Shown here in pieces: positions 19,596-31,700 of a stretch of 53,296 nucleotides of DNA; position 1 is the first letter of the stretch, and every line of letters starts with the position of its first letter. The position numbers and the translations under genes were made by a program. This stretch comes from Fibrobacteria bacterium (lineage in GTDB: Bacteria > Fibrobacterota > Fibrobacteria > UBA11236), in NCBI GenBank assembly GCA_041746255.1, contig JBGTHM010000129.1, positions 1 through 53,296 of the forward strand, given 5' to 3'. The notes under the pieces were generated by a model. The model saw only the letters and a program-made list of their open reading frames with translations. It was not told where the DNA came from and searched no databases.

Positions 19596-21968
19596 CTATG
19601 CAACCGCCCAAAAATAAACCACCGAGGCAGCCCCCCAGCAATTTTCCCTGCGCTGCTTTTTTTGCAATTCGCATCGACGTCCATCGCGAATCATAACCAC
19701 CCTACGAAATTCTTCCAAAGTGACGGGGAGGAATTCAATTTCTCCAAAACCGTCAGCCGTCGTAGTGATTCGGATTTCCAGCTCCATTCCTTTACGCCTT
19801 ACTGCAAGGGCATACCGTGAACGCTGTCCTTTGCGATAAGCGAAAGACTCTCCATCGTCCGCGACGTACTGGGATTTGGATATTCCTTTGTACGACGCGG
19901 ATATCAAGCAGAGTAATTCCACGCGCCGAAGGTCTTTTTTATTGGTTTTGGGGATTCCCGGAAGCATAGGAATCAAAGCCCCGTCGCGAAGATAAATCGG
20001 CGTGGTCTGCGCCAACTTCTTCGCCTTGAGTTCGCGCCCGCCTTTGACCCAACGGGAATTCTCCGTGTCCCACCATAGCGATTCCGGCAAGGTAAGCGAC
20101 CGCTCCGATTCTCTTTCGCGGGTGAAAGGCGCTTGCATGATGTATGGCCCTACCAGGAATTGGTCGTTGATATATCCAAGCGGTAGGCGCGGGGTATCCT
20201 TGAAATCGTAGAATAACGGGCGGAGTATCGCCTCTCCCGACTCCTCGTGCTGCACAAATAGATTGTAAAGATAGGGAAGCAGCTTATACCGCAGCCTTAC
20301 GAAATGGCGCGTGATGCGCAGCGCCTTGGCGGATAACGACCAGGGTTCCTGGTTACGGGAATGGCATAGGCAATGGTTCCGGAAAAAGGGAAAGAGACAG
20401 GCGGCCTTATACCAATCGATGAGCAGGTCTTCGGTGCAATTATCTCCGAAGCCTCCCACATCGGCGCCATTGAACGGAATTCCCGACAAGGCCAGGTTCA
20501 GGGTTTTACCTATGGAAAGGTGAAGGTGGCGATAGGTGGAAAAATTATCCCCGGTCCAATTAGCGGCGAAGCGTTGCGAGCCGGCGCTGCCTGCTCGGGA
20601 AAGGAGAAAGGGGCGACTATCCGGACGTGCGGACAGGAATCCTTCTTGCGTAGCCATAGCCATGAGCAAAGCATATTGATTATGGTAGGCATCATGCGGG
20701 ACCGCACCGTGCTGGAAAAGCATATCCGCAGGGTCGACGTCTCCGGTGGCAGGTTCATTCATATCGAGCCAAGCGCCGTCGGGGCCTAAAAGGGCGAAAT
20801 CCCGTACTTTCTTGGCCCACCATGCGCGGGCTTCGGGGAGGGAAAAATCCGGAAAGACGGTATGGCCGGGCCAGACAATACCGGTATAGTCGCCGCCCGC
20901 CGGATTTTTGCAAAAAACATTCCCGCGCTTTCCACTTTCGTAAACGGGGTCGCCCTTTTCCCGCTTGACGCCGGGATCGAGAATCGGCATGACCCGGTAG
21001 CCGCGTTCCTGTATTTTTTTAATCTGATTGAGTGGGTCGGAAAAGTTTTTCTCCTCAAAAGTGAAGACCCGATAGCCTCGCATATAATCGATGTCCAGCC
21101 AGAGCCCGTCGGCGGGAAATTCATGGTTATCGAATTGATCGGCCAAGCGCTTCATGTCGCCATAGCTGCGATAACCCCAACGGCTTTGATGGTTCCCCAA
21201 GGCCCACAAGGGCGGAAGGGGCGTGACTCCCATAAGGAATTGGAATTTCCGGGTGAGCTCCCCCAGTGAAGGGCCATGAACGATGAATAGGGAAGGTGGT
21301 CCATCATATGCCCCCAGAAAAAAACTCGGGGCTTCGGGATCGGTTTGCTTGAGAGTGCCTTCCACGTTGAGTTTGGGAAAGGTGGATATGAAGGCGGGAA
21401 AAGCGCTGTTCACCAGCAGTCCGGTATAGGTATTTCCCCGCTTCAGGATGAGATAGGGGATGGAGATATAATCCGGGTCATAAAAATCGTCGCGAACCAC
21501 ATGGGTGCCGTGGTCCGACCAGGTATCGACATTGTAGAAGCGGAACGAGCGATGAGAGCGCTCGAAAGGAGCGCTTTTCTCTCCCAGTCCGTAAAACTGC
21601 GTATGGGGAGAGAGGTGAAAACGAAACATCCAAGCTTGTCCCGAGGTTCCGAAGGCTTTGCCGGGTAGGGAAGACAGCAAGGATTTTCCTTTTTTGTCGG
21701 ATAATGCAAGGGCTCCTGTATCAGAGATGGTTAGAGAGGAGGTGGTTCCATGGCAGGCTGGGGAAGCATCCTCTGCGAACCGGGGCGGAGCGACGAGAAA
21801 ATCTCGCGGCCACAGTTTGGAATCCGAGACGCGGATGGAATAGATATCTTCGCAAGTGCCCAGGGTTTCGAAGTCAAACTCCTGTTTACCACACCTGAGC
21901 CTTCCCTTTGTAAGCGAACCGACGTAGGTGAAATTCAAAGGGTCTACGAATTTTCGATAGGAATGCAT
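19596..21968 (-). CDS. Glycoside hydrolase family 31 (alpha-glucosidase-like)
   Basis: WLDIDYM, WLDMNEP (nucleophile), WTGDN (acid/base), GADVGGF and FFRNH. No signal peptide. Confidence 0.93.
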   Translation of the reverse strand: MHSYRKFVDPLNFTYVGSLTKGRLRCGKQEFDFETLGTCEDIYSIRVSDSKLWPRDFLVAPPRFAEDASPACHGTTSSLTISDTGALALSDKKGKSLLSSLPGKAFGTSGQAWMFRFHLSPHTQFYGLGEKSAPFERSHRSFRFYNVDTWSDHGTHVVRDDFYDPDYISIPYLILKRGNTYTGLLVNSAFPAFISTFPKLNVEGTLKQTDPEAPSFFLGAYDGPPSLFIVHGPSLGELTRKFQFLMGVTPLPPLWALGNHQSRWGYRSYGDMKRLADQFDNHEFPADGLWLDIDYMRGYRVFTFEEKNFSDPLNQIKKIQERGYRVMPILDPGVKREKGDPVYESGKRGNVFCKNPAGGDYTGIVWPGHTVFPDFSLPEARAWWAKKVRDFALLGPDGAWLDMNEPATGDVDPADMLFQHGAVPHDAYHNQYALLMAMATQEGFLSARPDSRPFLLSRAGSAGSQRFAANWTGDNFSTYRHLHLSIGKTLNLALSGIPFNGADVGGFGDNCTEDLLIDWYKAACLFPFFRNHCLCHSRNQEPWSLSAKALRITRHFVRLRYKLLPYLYNLFVQHEESGEAILRPLFYDFKDTPRLPLGYINDQFLVGPYIMQAPFTRERESERSLTLPESLWWDTENSRWVKGGRELKAKKLAQTTPIYLRDGALIPMLPGIPKTNKKDLRRVELLCLISASYKGISKSQYVADDGESFAYRKGQRSRYALAVRRKGMELEIRITTTADGFGEIEFLPVTLEEFRRVVMIRDGRRCELQKKQRRENCWGAASVVYFWAVA

Positions 21969-22019
21969 TTCCAGTCAAAGAACAATTTTACGGGAGGTGA
22001 GGAAAGCCGTACCGGCCTT

Positions 22020-23642
22020 TTATCCCGGAGGATCCAGAACTTCGTAGAGGTTCACGCTTTGTACGCGGCCTTTGAGTTGGGTGGCGCCCAGACTCCGGGT
22101 AGGAATGGCGCCTTGCAACGCTTCGTAAACGCTTTCGGTAATCAACAATTCGTCAGCTTGTGCCAGGCCGCATACGCGGGAAGCGATATTGACGCAGTCG
22201 CCCAGGGCGGTATACTCCATGCGGGCCTCCGTTCCCAGACTCCCTACGACGGCCTCTCCGCTGTTGACGCCTATGCCGACCTCGAAATGAGGTATACCCT
22301 GGGTGGTCCATAACGGCAGCATTTCGCGTAAACGCTTACGCATGGCCTGCGCGGTTTTCACGGCGGTGAATTCGGGATTGTGCACCGCGAAAGGCGCGTT
22401 GAAAAGCACCATCATGCAGTCGCCGATGAATTTATCCAGCGTGCCCCCATTGGCGAAAACGATGGCGCACATTTCCGAAAAATACAAGTTGAGCATGCGG
22501 GCCACATCCAGCGGGGCCAGGGTTTCCGAGAGCGGGGTGAAGCCCCGGATGTCCGCGAAAAGTACCGTGATATTTTTTTTGCGGGAGCCGAGATGGAAGT
22601 CGGCACTGCCTTTTTCCGAAATGATTTTGTCGGCGATATTGGGGGAGAGAAAGCGTTTCAGGTTATCCCGGATAAGCGCTTCGGTGCGTAATTGTTTGGC
22701 GAGCTGGATGTTTTCGATGGCTATACCGGCTATGCCCGCAGCGTTCATAGTCAAATCGAGGTCTTCGCCGGTGAAGCGGGAGTTGTTCGATTTGTTGTCG
22801 AGGTAGAGTACGCCGAAAACCTGCCCTTCGGAATGGATAGGGCAAACGAGGGCGTTACGGATCTTAAGGTTGACGATACTCAAGGAGGCATCCTCCGCAG
22901 CTCCTTCCGCGCTGTCGAAAAGGAAGCCGGATTTATCCTGCAAAACCTTGGAAACCAGGGTGCGGCTGTACAGCTTCTCCTCCAGGTTTTCGCGCCGTTC
23001 CCCTTTCTCGAAGGCCAGATGCGAGCTTACGGTTTCATGATCTGACGGGTCTATGAGGAGAATATAGCCGGTATCGCAATGGAGAACTTCAAACAGGGTT
23101 GTCATGACTTTATCAAAAAGTTCCGGAACGGTAACCAAGGCATTGAGGGACCGGATCAATTTATTGGTAACCCGCATGCGCTGTAACAGGTCTTTGACCT
23201 GGGGAGTTTGATCCGGGGAGGATGATTCAGCGTCCAGATTTTGGACCTTGCGTTCTCGGACGATATTGAAATCGAAAAGGGAATTATTGAGCTCCAGTTT
23301 CGAGGATGTCGTTTGGGCGGGAAAACCCAGCCGCCTATCTACGCTGCGCCTGTCCGGAACAAGCCGCAATTCGCAATCGCCTATGTAAAGGGGTTGGTCG
23401 AGTCGCCATTCCGAACGACTTACTCTTATCTCACCGAGGAAGACCCCGTTGGTGGAATTCTGGTCCACGATTTCGGCCCGTTCCCCTTGCAGCAGGATAA
23501 TCATGTGCTTGGCGGATATTTTGGGGTCGGGTATTTCGATGTCGCATCCGGGATCTCGGCCGACGATGTTGACGCCTTGCTGCAGGGGAAACACCTTGCG
23601 AGCAGGATAGGCGGGGCTGCTGACCATTTCCACTACGGGCAT
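22020..23642 (-). CDS. FHA-GAF-class III adenylate cyclase
   Basis: FHA (VGR, S.KH, NSTNG); GAF (GVLYLDN, F...D); cyclase FADIRGFT, DKFIGD and YTALGDCVNIASR, with Lys/Thr indicating ATP specificity. Start uncertain (23642 or 23744). Confidence 0.88.
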   Translation of the reverse strand: MPVVEMVSSPAYPARKVFPLQQGVNIVGRDPGCDIEIPDPKISAKHMIILLQGERAEIVDQNSTNGVFLGEIRVSRSEWRLDQPLYIGDCELRLVPDRRSVDRRLGFPAQTTSSKLELNNSLFDFNIVRERKVQNLDAESSSPDQTPQVKDLLQRMRVTNKLIRSLNALVTVPELFDKVMTTLFEVLHCDTGYILLIDPSDHETVSSHLAFEKGERRENLEEKLYSRTLVSKVLQDKSGFLFDSAEGAAEDASLSIVNLKIRNALVCPIHSEGQVFGVLYLDNKSNNSRFTGEDLDLTMNAAGIAGIAIENIQLAKQLRTEALIRDNLKRFLSPNIADKIISEKGSADFHLGSRKKNITVLFADIRGFTPLSETLAPLDVARMLNLYFSEMCAIVFANGGTLDKFIGDCMMVLFNAPFAVHNPEFTAVKTAQAMRKRLREMLPLWTTQGIPHFEVGIGVNSGEAVVGSLGTEARMEYTALGDCVNIASRVCGLAQADELLITESVYEALQGAIPTRSLGATQLKGRVQSVNLYEVLDPPG

Positions 23643-23740
23643 ATCCGATAAGCCTTTGCTATTAAAGTGGACGCAGGGCTTACCGCATTGAGTACGGCTT
23701 GTCCCTAAAGAAATAATAGCATTAGAAGGTGACGGGGAGA

Positions 23741-26371
23741 TCAAGGAAATGATTTTGAGGCCGGCAGGGATTGAATCAAGCTGATTTTTTCCAGTAGTTG
23801 AGCCGGACTGAAGGGTTTAGGCAAGAAGTTGTCGCTATCGGGAGGATTATCCTGCCCTGTCAGCAATTCATCGGTATAACCCGACATGAACAGGACTTTT
23901 AGTTTCGGATTGATGGCAAGAAGGGAATGGGCCAATTCCCGACCGCTCATACCAGGCATGACCACATCGGTAAGGAGCAGGTCGGGCATGAGTTTATCCG
24001 CCAGGATCCGATCTCTCGCTTCAATTCCCGAGGCGGCTTCCACAACCTTGAATCCGACATTCACGAGAATCCGATGAATGAATCCGCGTACGGATTTTTC
24101 ATCCTCGACCAAAAAAATGGTTTCCCCTTTCGCCTTGAAGGGAGTGGATTCCTCTTGGTTATTCGAAGCGGGAAACCATTCTTTTCGCAGGGTAGCGGGA
24201 AAAAATATCCGGAAAAGGGTGCCTGATTGAAGGGAGGATTCGACGGCTATCGCTCCTTGTGCCTGATTTACAATTCCATAAACGCTCGCCAAACCTAATC
24301 CCGTACCCTTGCCCACCCCTTTGGTCGTAAAGAACGGCTCGAAAATTTTCCCCATAATCTGGGCGGAGATTCCGGAACCGGAATCCTGAACGCTTAATTC
24401 CACATAATTTCCCGGGGGGCCCTCCAATGCGAGACTTTCCTTGGGTAATTGAGAAACATTTCGGGTGCGCAGAATCAGACGCCCACCCGCCGGCATGGCG
24501 TCCCGGGCGTTCAAGGTCAGATTGAGAATAACTTGTTCCACCTGGCTGGCATCGAGATGGGTTAGGTTCAGATCCGGATCCAAATCCAGCGTCAACTCGA
24601 TATTTTCTCCGATCAGGCGCACCAGCAAGCGTGAAAAATTGGATACGAGTTGGTTCAGGTTCAGGACTTTCGGCATGATCATCTGACGGCGACTATAGGC
24701 GAGTAATTGGCGCGTCAATTCGGCCGCCCGTTGACCGGCATGGCGGATTTCCTTAAGGCTTTCCTGAAGTTCGGGTTGGCCTGTTGCTTGCGTCTCCGCC
24801 AATTCGCTGTAGCCATTTATGGCGGTAAGCAGATTATTGAAATCGTGCGCGATGCCGCCGGCCAGATTTCCGATGGCCTCCATTTTCTGCGATTGCCTCA
24901 ATCTCTCCTCGCTATCATGCAAAGCCTGTTCGGTTTTTTTCCGTTCCGAGAGGTCGACGATTTCCAATACCATACCGACCACTCGATCATTTTGGATTAC
25001 GGGTTCCAATGCGCATAAAATGGGAATCTTCACTCCGTTTTTTCGAATGAGTTCGTCTTCATGGTTTTTCAGGGACCTCCGTTCGCCTAGGGCATTTCGC
25101 AATTCACAGGTTTCATGGCCGCCCTCCTCTTCCTTTGCTTTAGAATGGATACCTTCGTGCAAAGAAAGGTCGCGAAGTTCATTCAAGGAGTAACCCGTCA
25201 GGTTTTGGGCGGCCTGATTAGCGTATGTTGTACGCTCGTTTTCATCGAGGAGAAAAAGCGCCACCGAGGCATTGTCCATGATCGTATTGGTAAGCCGGCT
25301 TTGATATTCCAAGATTTCTTCGGCGCGCCTTCTATCGGTAATGTCGCGGAGAATGACTGTATATAATTTATCTCCGTTGTCCTCGGCCTGGGATATGGTC
25401 GCTTCCAGGGGAAACTCTTCGCCATCGGCTCTCAAACCATAGAGAGTGCCGAGTAGGCCCATGGTTCGTGCTGTGATACCGGTTTTTCCGAAGGAGTCGA
25501 TATGCTGTTCATGGCGTTTCCGATAGCGTGCGGGAATGAGCCGATCGATTGGCTCGCCCATGGCCTTGTCGGCGGGAAGCCGGAAAATTTTTTCGGCGGC
25601 CTTATTGAAAAGCAATATCCGTTGACTCGCATCGATGGTAATTATGGCATCCATGGCGGATTGGACCACGCTTTGCAATCTCCTTTGGCTTTGTTCCTGC
25701 ACCTTGACGGAGCGGGCCAATCTCCTTCCCAGCGAAGCGGCCAGTGCGAGCGCCAGGAGTATGCAGGCCATCGCCACGCCCACGACGGCGCGCGTCCAAA
25801 AATCGGCATAACGATCCATCGACCTTTCCGCCGCTTCTACATTTTGCCTTTGTAATTCCGTTAACGCTGCTACGGCGTTTTCCAGTGCCAGTCGACGGGG
25901 TTCCAAATTCTCACGAAAATGAGCGAGGAATTCGGGAGTCAGTCCTGTGATTGAATCAAATGGGCCTTGTCTATCCATCCAGGCCCGGTATTCCTGTTCC
26001 GATTCGATTATCCGCACTGCCGCCGCCCTTTCCACCTCCGGGAAAGTCTCTGCCAGGAACCCGGATGCGGCGTCTATCAGGGAATCCCCTTGGATTTGTG
26101 CCTGATGTAACATCCACCTTTCTCCCGTCAGGAAATACCCGCGCACGAAAATGGATTGGTCGCGGGCCAGCAAGTGGACGCGTTTCGCCTCGGCCAGTCG
26201 AACCAGCAGGGGTTCGCGAATCCGGGAGTCCATCCTTTCCTTGGATATCAGGGAGAATACAGCAACGGTTGCCACGGCTAACGGGGCCATGACTAGTAAG
26301 GAGAAGCTGATCCAAATCGGAGTCGTCGATTTGGAAAATTGATTCGCCGCCATGAGTGTGTTCCTGTCCAA
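23741..26371 (-). CDS. Membrane hybrid sensor histidine kinase (periplasmic helical sensor, 2 PAS, HisKA-HATPase, receiver)
   Basis: Two TM segments, two PAS domains, [11 protein letters not shown]-box, N/G/F boxes ([14 protein letters not shown]), receiver LLTDVVMP...KP. Confidence 0.92.
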   Translation of the reverse strand: MDRNTLMAANQFSKSTTPIWISFSLLVMAPLAVATVAVFSLISKERMDSRIREPLLVRLAEAKRVHLLARDQSIFVRGYFLTGERWMLHQAQIQGDSLIDAASGFLAETFPEVERAAAVRIIESEQEYRAWMDRQGPFDSITGLTPEFLAHFRENLEPRRLALENAVAALTELQRQNVEAAERSMDRYADFWTRAVVGVAMACILLALALAASLGRRLARSVKVQEQSQRRLQSVVQSAMDAIITIDASQRILLFNKAAEKIFRLPADKAMGEPIDRLIPARYRKRHEQHIDSFGKTGITARTMGLLGTLYGLRADGEEFPLEATISQAEDNGDKLYTVILRDITDRRRAEEILEYQSRLTNTIMDNASVALFLLDENERTTYANQAAQNLTGYSLNELRDLSLHEGIHSKAKEEEGGHETCELRNALGERRSLKNHEDELIRKNGVKIPILCALEPVIQNDRVVGMVLEIVDLSERKKTEQALHDSEERLRQSQKMEAIGNLAGGIAHDFNNLLTAINGYSELAETQATGQPELQESLKEIRHAGQRAAELTRQLLAYSRRQMIMPKVLNLNQLVSNFSRLLVRLIGENIELTLDLDPDLNLTHLDASQVEQVILNLTLNARDAMPAGGRLILRTRNVSQLPKESLALEGPPGNYVELSVQDSGSGISAQIMGKIFEPFFTTKGVGKGTGLGLASVYGIVNQAQGAIAVESSLQSGTLFRIFFPATLRKEWFPASNNQEESTPFKAKGETIFLVEDEKSVRGFIHRILVNVGFKVVEAASGIEARDRILADKLMPDLLLTDVVMPGMSGRELAHSLLAINPKLKVLFMSGYTDELLTGQDNPPDSDNFLPKPFSPAQLLEKISLIQSLPASKSFP

Positions 26372-26548
26372 CCTAATATAGGTTCAAGGCCACAACTAAG
26401 CAAAAAATCCGAGGGGGGATAATGCCCGGTTACGGTTGGTTTTCTGTAAAAATGCCGGCCCATAGGGCTGAATGGTGGCGGCCGGAGTCGGCCCGTCGCG
26501 CGCGTAACCATGGCGAAGATTAAACGGGAGAGCCTTGCTACGAAGAGT

Positions 26549-28768
26549 TTATGTCGATTGCGGGGGGTCGAGAAAATATTTCCGTAAGCCGGAATTGCGC
26601 CTAATTTGCCGTTTTAACGCCTGTTCCAAAATTTCCGGCGACCCGTAAATCCCTGCGAAAAACTTTGCGCGGGTAATCGCGGTGTATACGGCTTCGCGGT
26701 AGCAAAGTTTGCCGTCTTTTTCCGGCAGCAGGAGCAGTACATGCGCGTATTCGGATCCCTGGCTTTTATGCACAGTGGTGGCGAAGGCCAATTCGAAACG
26801 CGGCAAAAAGGGGATGGGATAGAATGCGAATCCGTCGGCTCCGCGAAAAACCGCGATTTGACGATCGGAAAGGTTGACGATGAGACCCACGTCGCCATTA
26901 TAAAGCTGTTTACGATAGTCGTTTTCAAGGATTAGGATGGGAGCCCCCGGAAAACCCTCGCCGGACTGGGGAAATTTTCGGCTGGAAGAGCCGAGCAAAA
27001 GATTGCGTATCCGGCGGTTCACCGTCTCGCAACCGAAAGGTCCCTTGCGCGTTAAGGTCAGGATACGGGCGCGGTCAATGCCGGCGAAGGCTTTATCCAA
27101 TTCGGCGGATAACTCGGGTGAACCGGAGGTAAGCGAAGCGATCTTACGTATACAGGCGCCATGGCCGGATTTTTCCGGATAGTGGAAATTGACCCAATGG
27201 GAGAGAAGCTTGTCGCGATGCGCTCGATAATTATTATCGGGAGCGAGCAGCAGTCGGCAACCCGGGGTAACGATTTCGTTTCCGCCCTGGCCGGGACCAA
27301 CGGGTGCGCCCATATCGGAAAATGGTCGCGGTTCCAGGAAATTCAGCGTAGCGCGAAAATGACTGGAATTTTCGGGAGCGTTTTGATTGATGAGAACGGC
27401 TGCTTCCAGGATTCCCTCCGCGGACCGATGGCTGCGCGCGAGAGCGACTGAGAATCCGTTGGGGAGCGCGTGGGGGGAATCCGGAGGTTCAAGTCCGCAG
27501 GCTCGAATCCATTCCCTTGTGCCTTCCTCTTCCCGATAATCCTTTTCATCCTCAGGAAGCAAATCGGCCAAAACCGCGCCGGAATCCACCGAGGGCAATT
27601 GATGGCGGTCGCCTACCAAGACCAAGCGGGTTTCCGGTCGCAATGCCTCCAGTAGTCGGGCCAGCATAAAGATATCCACCATGGAGACTTCATCGACAAC
27701 GATTAGATCGGCATCGATGGGATTGGAGCGCGTGTGGCGAAACCGGCCGGTTACAGGGTTGTATCCTAGCAGCCTATGCAGAGTCGAGCAGGTGAGTGCG
27801 CCTAATGCGATATCGGTGGGAGTCGCGCGGCCGGATGCTTCCAAGGAGGAATAGCTTTCGCGTAGCGATTCCCCCAAGCGATGCGCGGCGCGCCCCGTGG
27901 GGGCCGCCAACCGGATGCGCGCCACGTCCAGGGGGATGGCCCGGGTCATCACGCGCAACAAGGCCGCGATGAGGGTGGTCTTTCCCGTACCGGGGCCACC
28001 GGAGACAACCAAGAGCGGCCCGCGCAGAGCCAGAGCCAGGGCGGCCTGCTGCTCGGGGGCCAATCTCAACGGCAACGGACCCGATGGTGTGGTCCGAAGC
28101 AAGGGATTGTGGGAGAGCACTTCCTCCAGCACGGACCGGTAATGTAACGCCACGTCATGGGTGGTAGAAATTCGGGACTGGACTAACCTTTTACCTAAGG
28201 CATTTCCTACCGAGGCTTCCGCGGCAAAATGTTTTTGGAAATACAGCGAATCGTCGTGTAGCAAGAGGGGTTTGTATTCCGGCGGCTTTCCCAGGATGCG
28301 GTCATAACGACCTGTTTCCACCTGCATCCGAAAATTCCGGGCCCAATCGTGCCCAAGTTGCGCCGGGGTTTTCCCGTCGAAAAGCGGGAGGTCGGGATGT
28401 TTATCCAGATCGAGGCACAGCCAATCCCGCAGCGCGGAAGCCAGATGATCTTGCGTGAGCCGCAGCCGCAAGGCTCCGGTTTTAACGGTGCTGCAAAGGC
28501 AACCCAGTGTGAGAAGCAGGGGAAGGTCTTCGGAGCCATCGCAAAGATTGCTCAGAGTGAGGATAAGCGAGACATCCACGCCGTCGAGGGCGTCGCGCTC
28601 CAGCGCCGCGATGCAAAGGGTTCTCCAAGGTAATGCGCTGGTTTCGGGCCATAGGGTAGTGAAAAGGTGGCCTACCGAAGCATGGCGGGGTTCCGGCGAC
28701 CAGGTACCGAAAGGTATACCCTGCCCCGACCCCGCTGGCTTACCCGGCGTATTGGTGAAATCAGACAT
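26549..28768 (-). CDS. recD: Exodeoxyribonuclease V alpha subunit RecD
   Basis: GGPGTGKT, APTGRAA, TLHRLLG, VDEVSM, GDRHQLPSV, TVHKSQGSE and YTAITRAK. Start MSDF overlaps the recB stop. Confidence 0.93.
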   Translation of the reverse strand: MSDFTNTPGKPAGSGQGIPFGTWSPEPRHASVGHLFTTLWPETSALPWRTLCIAALERDALDGVDVSLILTLSNLCDGSEDLPLLLTLGCLCSTVKTGALRLRLTQDHLASALRDWLCLDLDKHPDLPLFDGKTPAQLGHDWARNFRMQVETGRYDRILGKPPEYKPLLLHDDSLYFQKHFAAEASVGNALGKRLVQSRISTTHDVALHYRSVLEEVLSHNPLLRTTPSGPLPLRLAPEQQAALALALRGPLLVVSGGPGTGKTTLIAALLRVMTRAIPLDVARIRLAAPTGRAAHRLGESLRESYSSLEASGRATPTDIALGALTCSTLHRLLGYNPVTGRFRHTRSNPIDADLIVVDEVSMVDIFMLARLLEALRPETRLVLVGDRHQLPSVDSGAVLADLLPEDEKDYREEEGTREWIRACGLEPPDSPHALPNGFSVALARSHRSAEGILEAAVLINQNAPENSSHFRATLNFLEPRPFSDMGAPVGPGQGGNEIVTPGCRLLLAPDNNYRAHRDKLLSHWVNFHYPEKSGHGACIRKIASLTSGSPELSAELDKAFAGIDRARILTLTRKGPFGCETVNRRIRNLLLGSSSRKFPQSGEGFPGAPILILENDYRKQLYNGDVGLIVNLSDRQIAVFRGADGFAFYPIPFLPRFELAFATTVHKSQGSEYAHVLLLLPEKDGKLCYREAVYTAITRAKFFAGIYGSPEILEQALKRQIRRNSGLRKYFLDPPQST

Positions 28769-31700
28769 GGTTTTCTCCCTTTGCGAGTCCCAATGGAGCC
28801 CGGAGCGCTTGTTCCAGCAACGCCGGATATCCGCGCAGAGCTTCATCGGAATTGGGTCGGTGGGCGAATACTCCCGTTGCGCCAGGCTTCCCTTCCTCGG
28901 CGCGCATGCCGCGCAAATAGATATACAACACGCCTCCGAAATCGCGTTCATAATCGAAATCGGCTATCACGCTTTTCAGCCATTTGATTACGGCCACGGT
29001 ATACAGGGTATATTGCAAATCGTATCGGCTTTGGCGCATATTTTCGGCCAGAGCCGCGGGTGCGTAATCGTCGAGATAATTCGATTTCCAATCGAGCACA
29101 TAAAAGCGGCCCGCGTGCCGGAAAACCAAATCGATGAAGCCCCATAAGTAGCCGTGCTTGGAGCGGACTTCCGGAATCGCGCCCGCCGCCTTCTCCCCAT
29201 AGGGAAACAGGAATTCCAATTCTGGGCGCATGTCCGTAACATCGCATAACCGGAACGGCGCGCCTGACCCCAATGCCGGCAGGGGCGCGCGCAGGGTGTT
29301 CCAGAGAATATGTTCCACCCCTTCGCGGCAATCGGGCGGAAGTTTATGCTGCTCCAGCGATTGGCCGATCAAATCGCGGACTTGCGGCACTTCGCCCAGG
29401 GCACGGGGCGACGGATGCTGCGCGGCGAGGGCAAAATCGATTTTCTCGAATAAGTTGTGCAAGGCGTTACCGATATGCGTGCCGCGTGGAAGCAATTGCC
29501 CGGGATTTGTTTCCTCCGTGCCGGTCTCCTGGCCTTCGCTGTCGGATTCCCAATCCGGCGGGGCCTCTTCCTTTTCGTAGCGGCCTTCGGTTTGCGCACC
29601 CACCCATTTTTCCAGGCGATAGGCCAGGTGGGAATAGGATTCGAGTACCATGCGCCGCGAGGAGAAGTCAGAACCTTCGGAAGGGAGGGGGGGATCGGTG
29701 GGAGGGCTCGCTGCCATTAGGGATGTGGTTGGGTTCTCCTTCGCTTCGGATTGTAGGTCGAGTTGCGTAGATGCCCGAGCCACGGCTTGGGTTTCGTCGG
29801 CGGGGACATGATAAAACAACTCCGGAATTTGTTGCCGGGCTCCACGCAGTGAGGCCCCGACGAGATGAAGCAGGGGACTGGGGTTCGATTTTTTCTCCTC
29901 GCCATTTTTTTTCTTGGGTTCCGGGACCAAGGGGAGGTAAAGGCGATATTTGGCGCGGGTGAGTGCGACATAATACAGCCGCTTCACTTCTTCAAGATCC
30001 TGGCGCTCCAGCTCCGCGATGGCCTCCTGATTTTGATTGTCGAGATGGAAAACCGTTCCTCCCGTGCGACCGTTTTCACCTGCGAACGCGCCACGCCGCT
30101 TGAATTGCAAATAATCCGATTTTCGAGCCGCGGAAAATCCACCGGCCAGGAAGACCACGGGAAATTCCAATCCCTTGCTAATATGCATGGTCATGATTTG
30201 CACCAGGTCCCGCTCTGATTCCAGGCGAAAGTGATCTTTCGCCTCTTCGGAATTGCCCTCCGATCGCCGACGCCGGCGGTACCAATCCAAGAGGGTGGAA
30301 AGATCGAAATGCTTGCGCATGGCTTCCTGGGTGAGATTCTGGGTCAATTGCAAGTAATTCATCACCCGTCTGTCGCCGTCGGGAAGCGCACAAATGCGGT
30401 ATAAGAGTCCGGTATCGTAGAGCAGCGAATGGAAAAGCCGACGCCAGCGCGATTGGGTAGCCAGGCGATTCCATTTTTCAAAGAGGGTTGCGATTTCCGT
30501 ACCGTCACCTTGCCCACTTTTTCCGTGTTCTTCGTTTTCTCCACTGATGCTGCCATTTCCGCCGCTAACCGAAGCCAGGTTTTCGGGAGCTACCTGGAAA
30601 AATTGCGACAACAACGCCCGGCGGAAACTCCTTTCCTCGCCGGGATCTTCCATTGCTTCCAACATGGCCAGTAAATGCAGGGCCTCTTCACTTCGGTACA
30701 AGCCCTCCTTTTTATAAACGGCGAAGGGTATACCGGCATCTTGGAATTGGGATTCCAATTTTGCCCTTTCGGATCCGGTTCGGACCAGAACGCAAATGTC
30801 CGAGGCGCGAAGGGGGCGCATGGGTTGGCCATCAGCAGGGAAATTTCCCGGAACGGAATCATCGGGAATGCGTAATTCGACCCGCCCGGTTAGCAGGTTC
30901 TGGATTTCCGCCACAATCCACCCGTTCCACAGACGCCTGGTTGCTTCAACCTTGGTAGCGGAAGCCAAGTCGACTAGAACTATGGGTGCGGATTCTTTTT
31001 CGGATGCGCCGGTGCGGCAATATTGACGGGGGGATCCTCCGAAGCCCACCGGGCAATAATCCACTCGGTTGCCTTGGGGAAGCCGCCAGTTGGAGTCGGG
31101 GGCCGAGGGTTGTTCGGCACCGAACCATTCGGGTTGGGAGAAGAGTACGTTGAAGGCCTTCAGCAGTTTTTCGCTGGAGCGGAAATTGGCGGAAAGCCCA
31201 TGGCCTTGGGCCTCACCGGACAGGGCGATGGCGCGTAATTGTTCGCGCGCTTCCAAATAGGTGTAAACATCCGCGCTACGGAAGCCGTAGATGGCCTGTT
31301 TGGGATCGCCGATGAGGAAAAGCGGATTTTTTCCACCGCTTTCCAAGAATACTTTCTTGAAAATATCCCATTGCACCGAGTCGGTATCCTGGAATTCGTC
31401 TACGATGCAGTACTTATAAGCGGATCGTAAGGATTGCACCAGTTCCGGTTGGTTGAGGACGGACGCGTGTACTTGCCGAATCATGTCGTTGAAAGTCAAT
31501 AGGCCACGCGTGCGCTTGATGTGGGCTACATGCTCTTGCAAAGATGCGATGATGCGGTGGTGGTGCTGGAAGCGGAGATTGGCTTGCTGAATTTTAAGTC
31601 TTTCGTGCAATTTCCGAAGCCTTTCCAAATGTTGCAATACATCGGGTAGAGCCGGGAAGGAGGGCGACTCGGGGAGCAAGAGGGCGGTGAAACCCTCATG

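Noticed and set aside
28769..28951. N-terminal extension of recD given by the ORF track
   Set aside because: It overlaps recB by about 190 bp. The ATG at 28768 has a GGAGA RBS and a normal short overlap.
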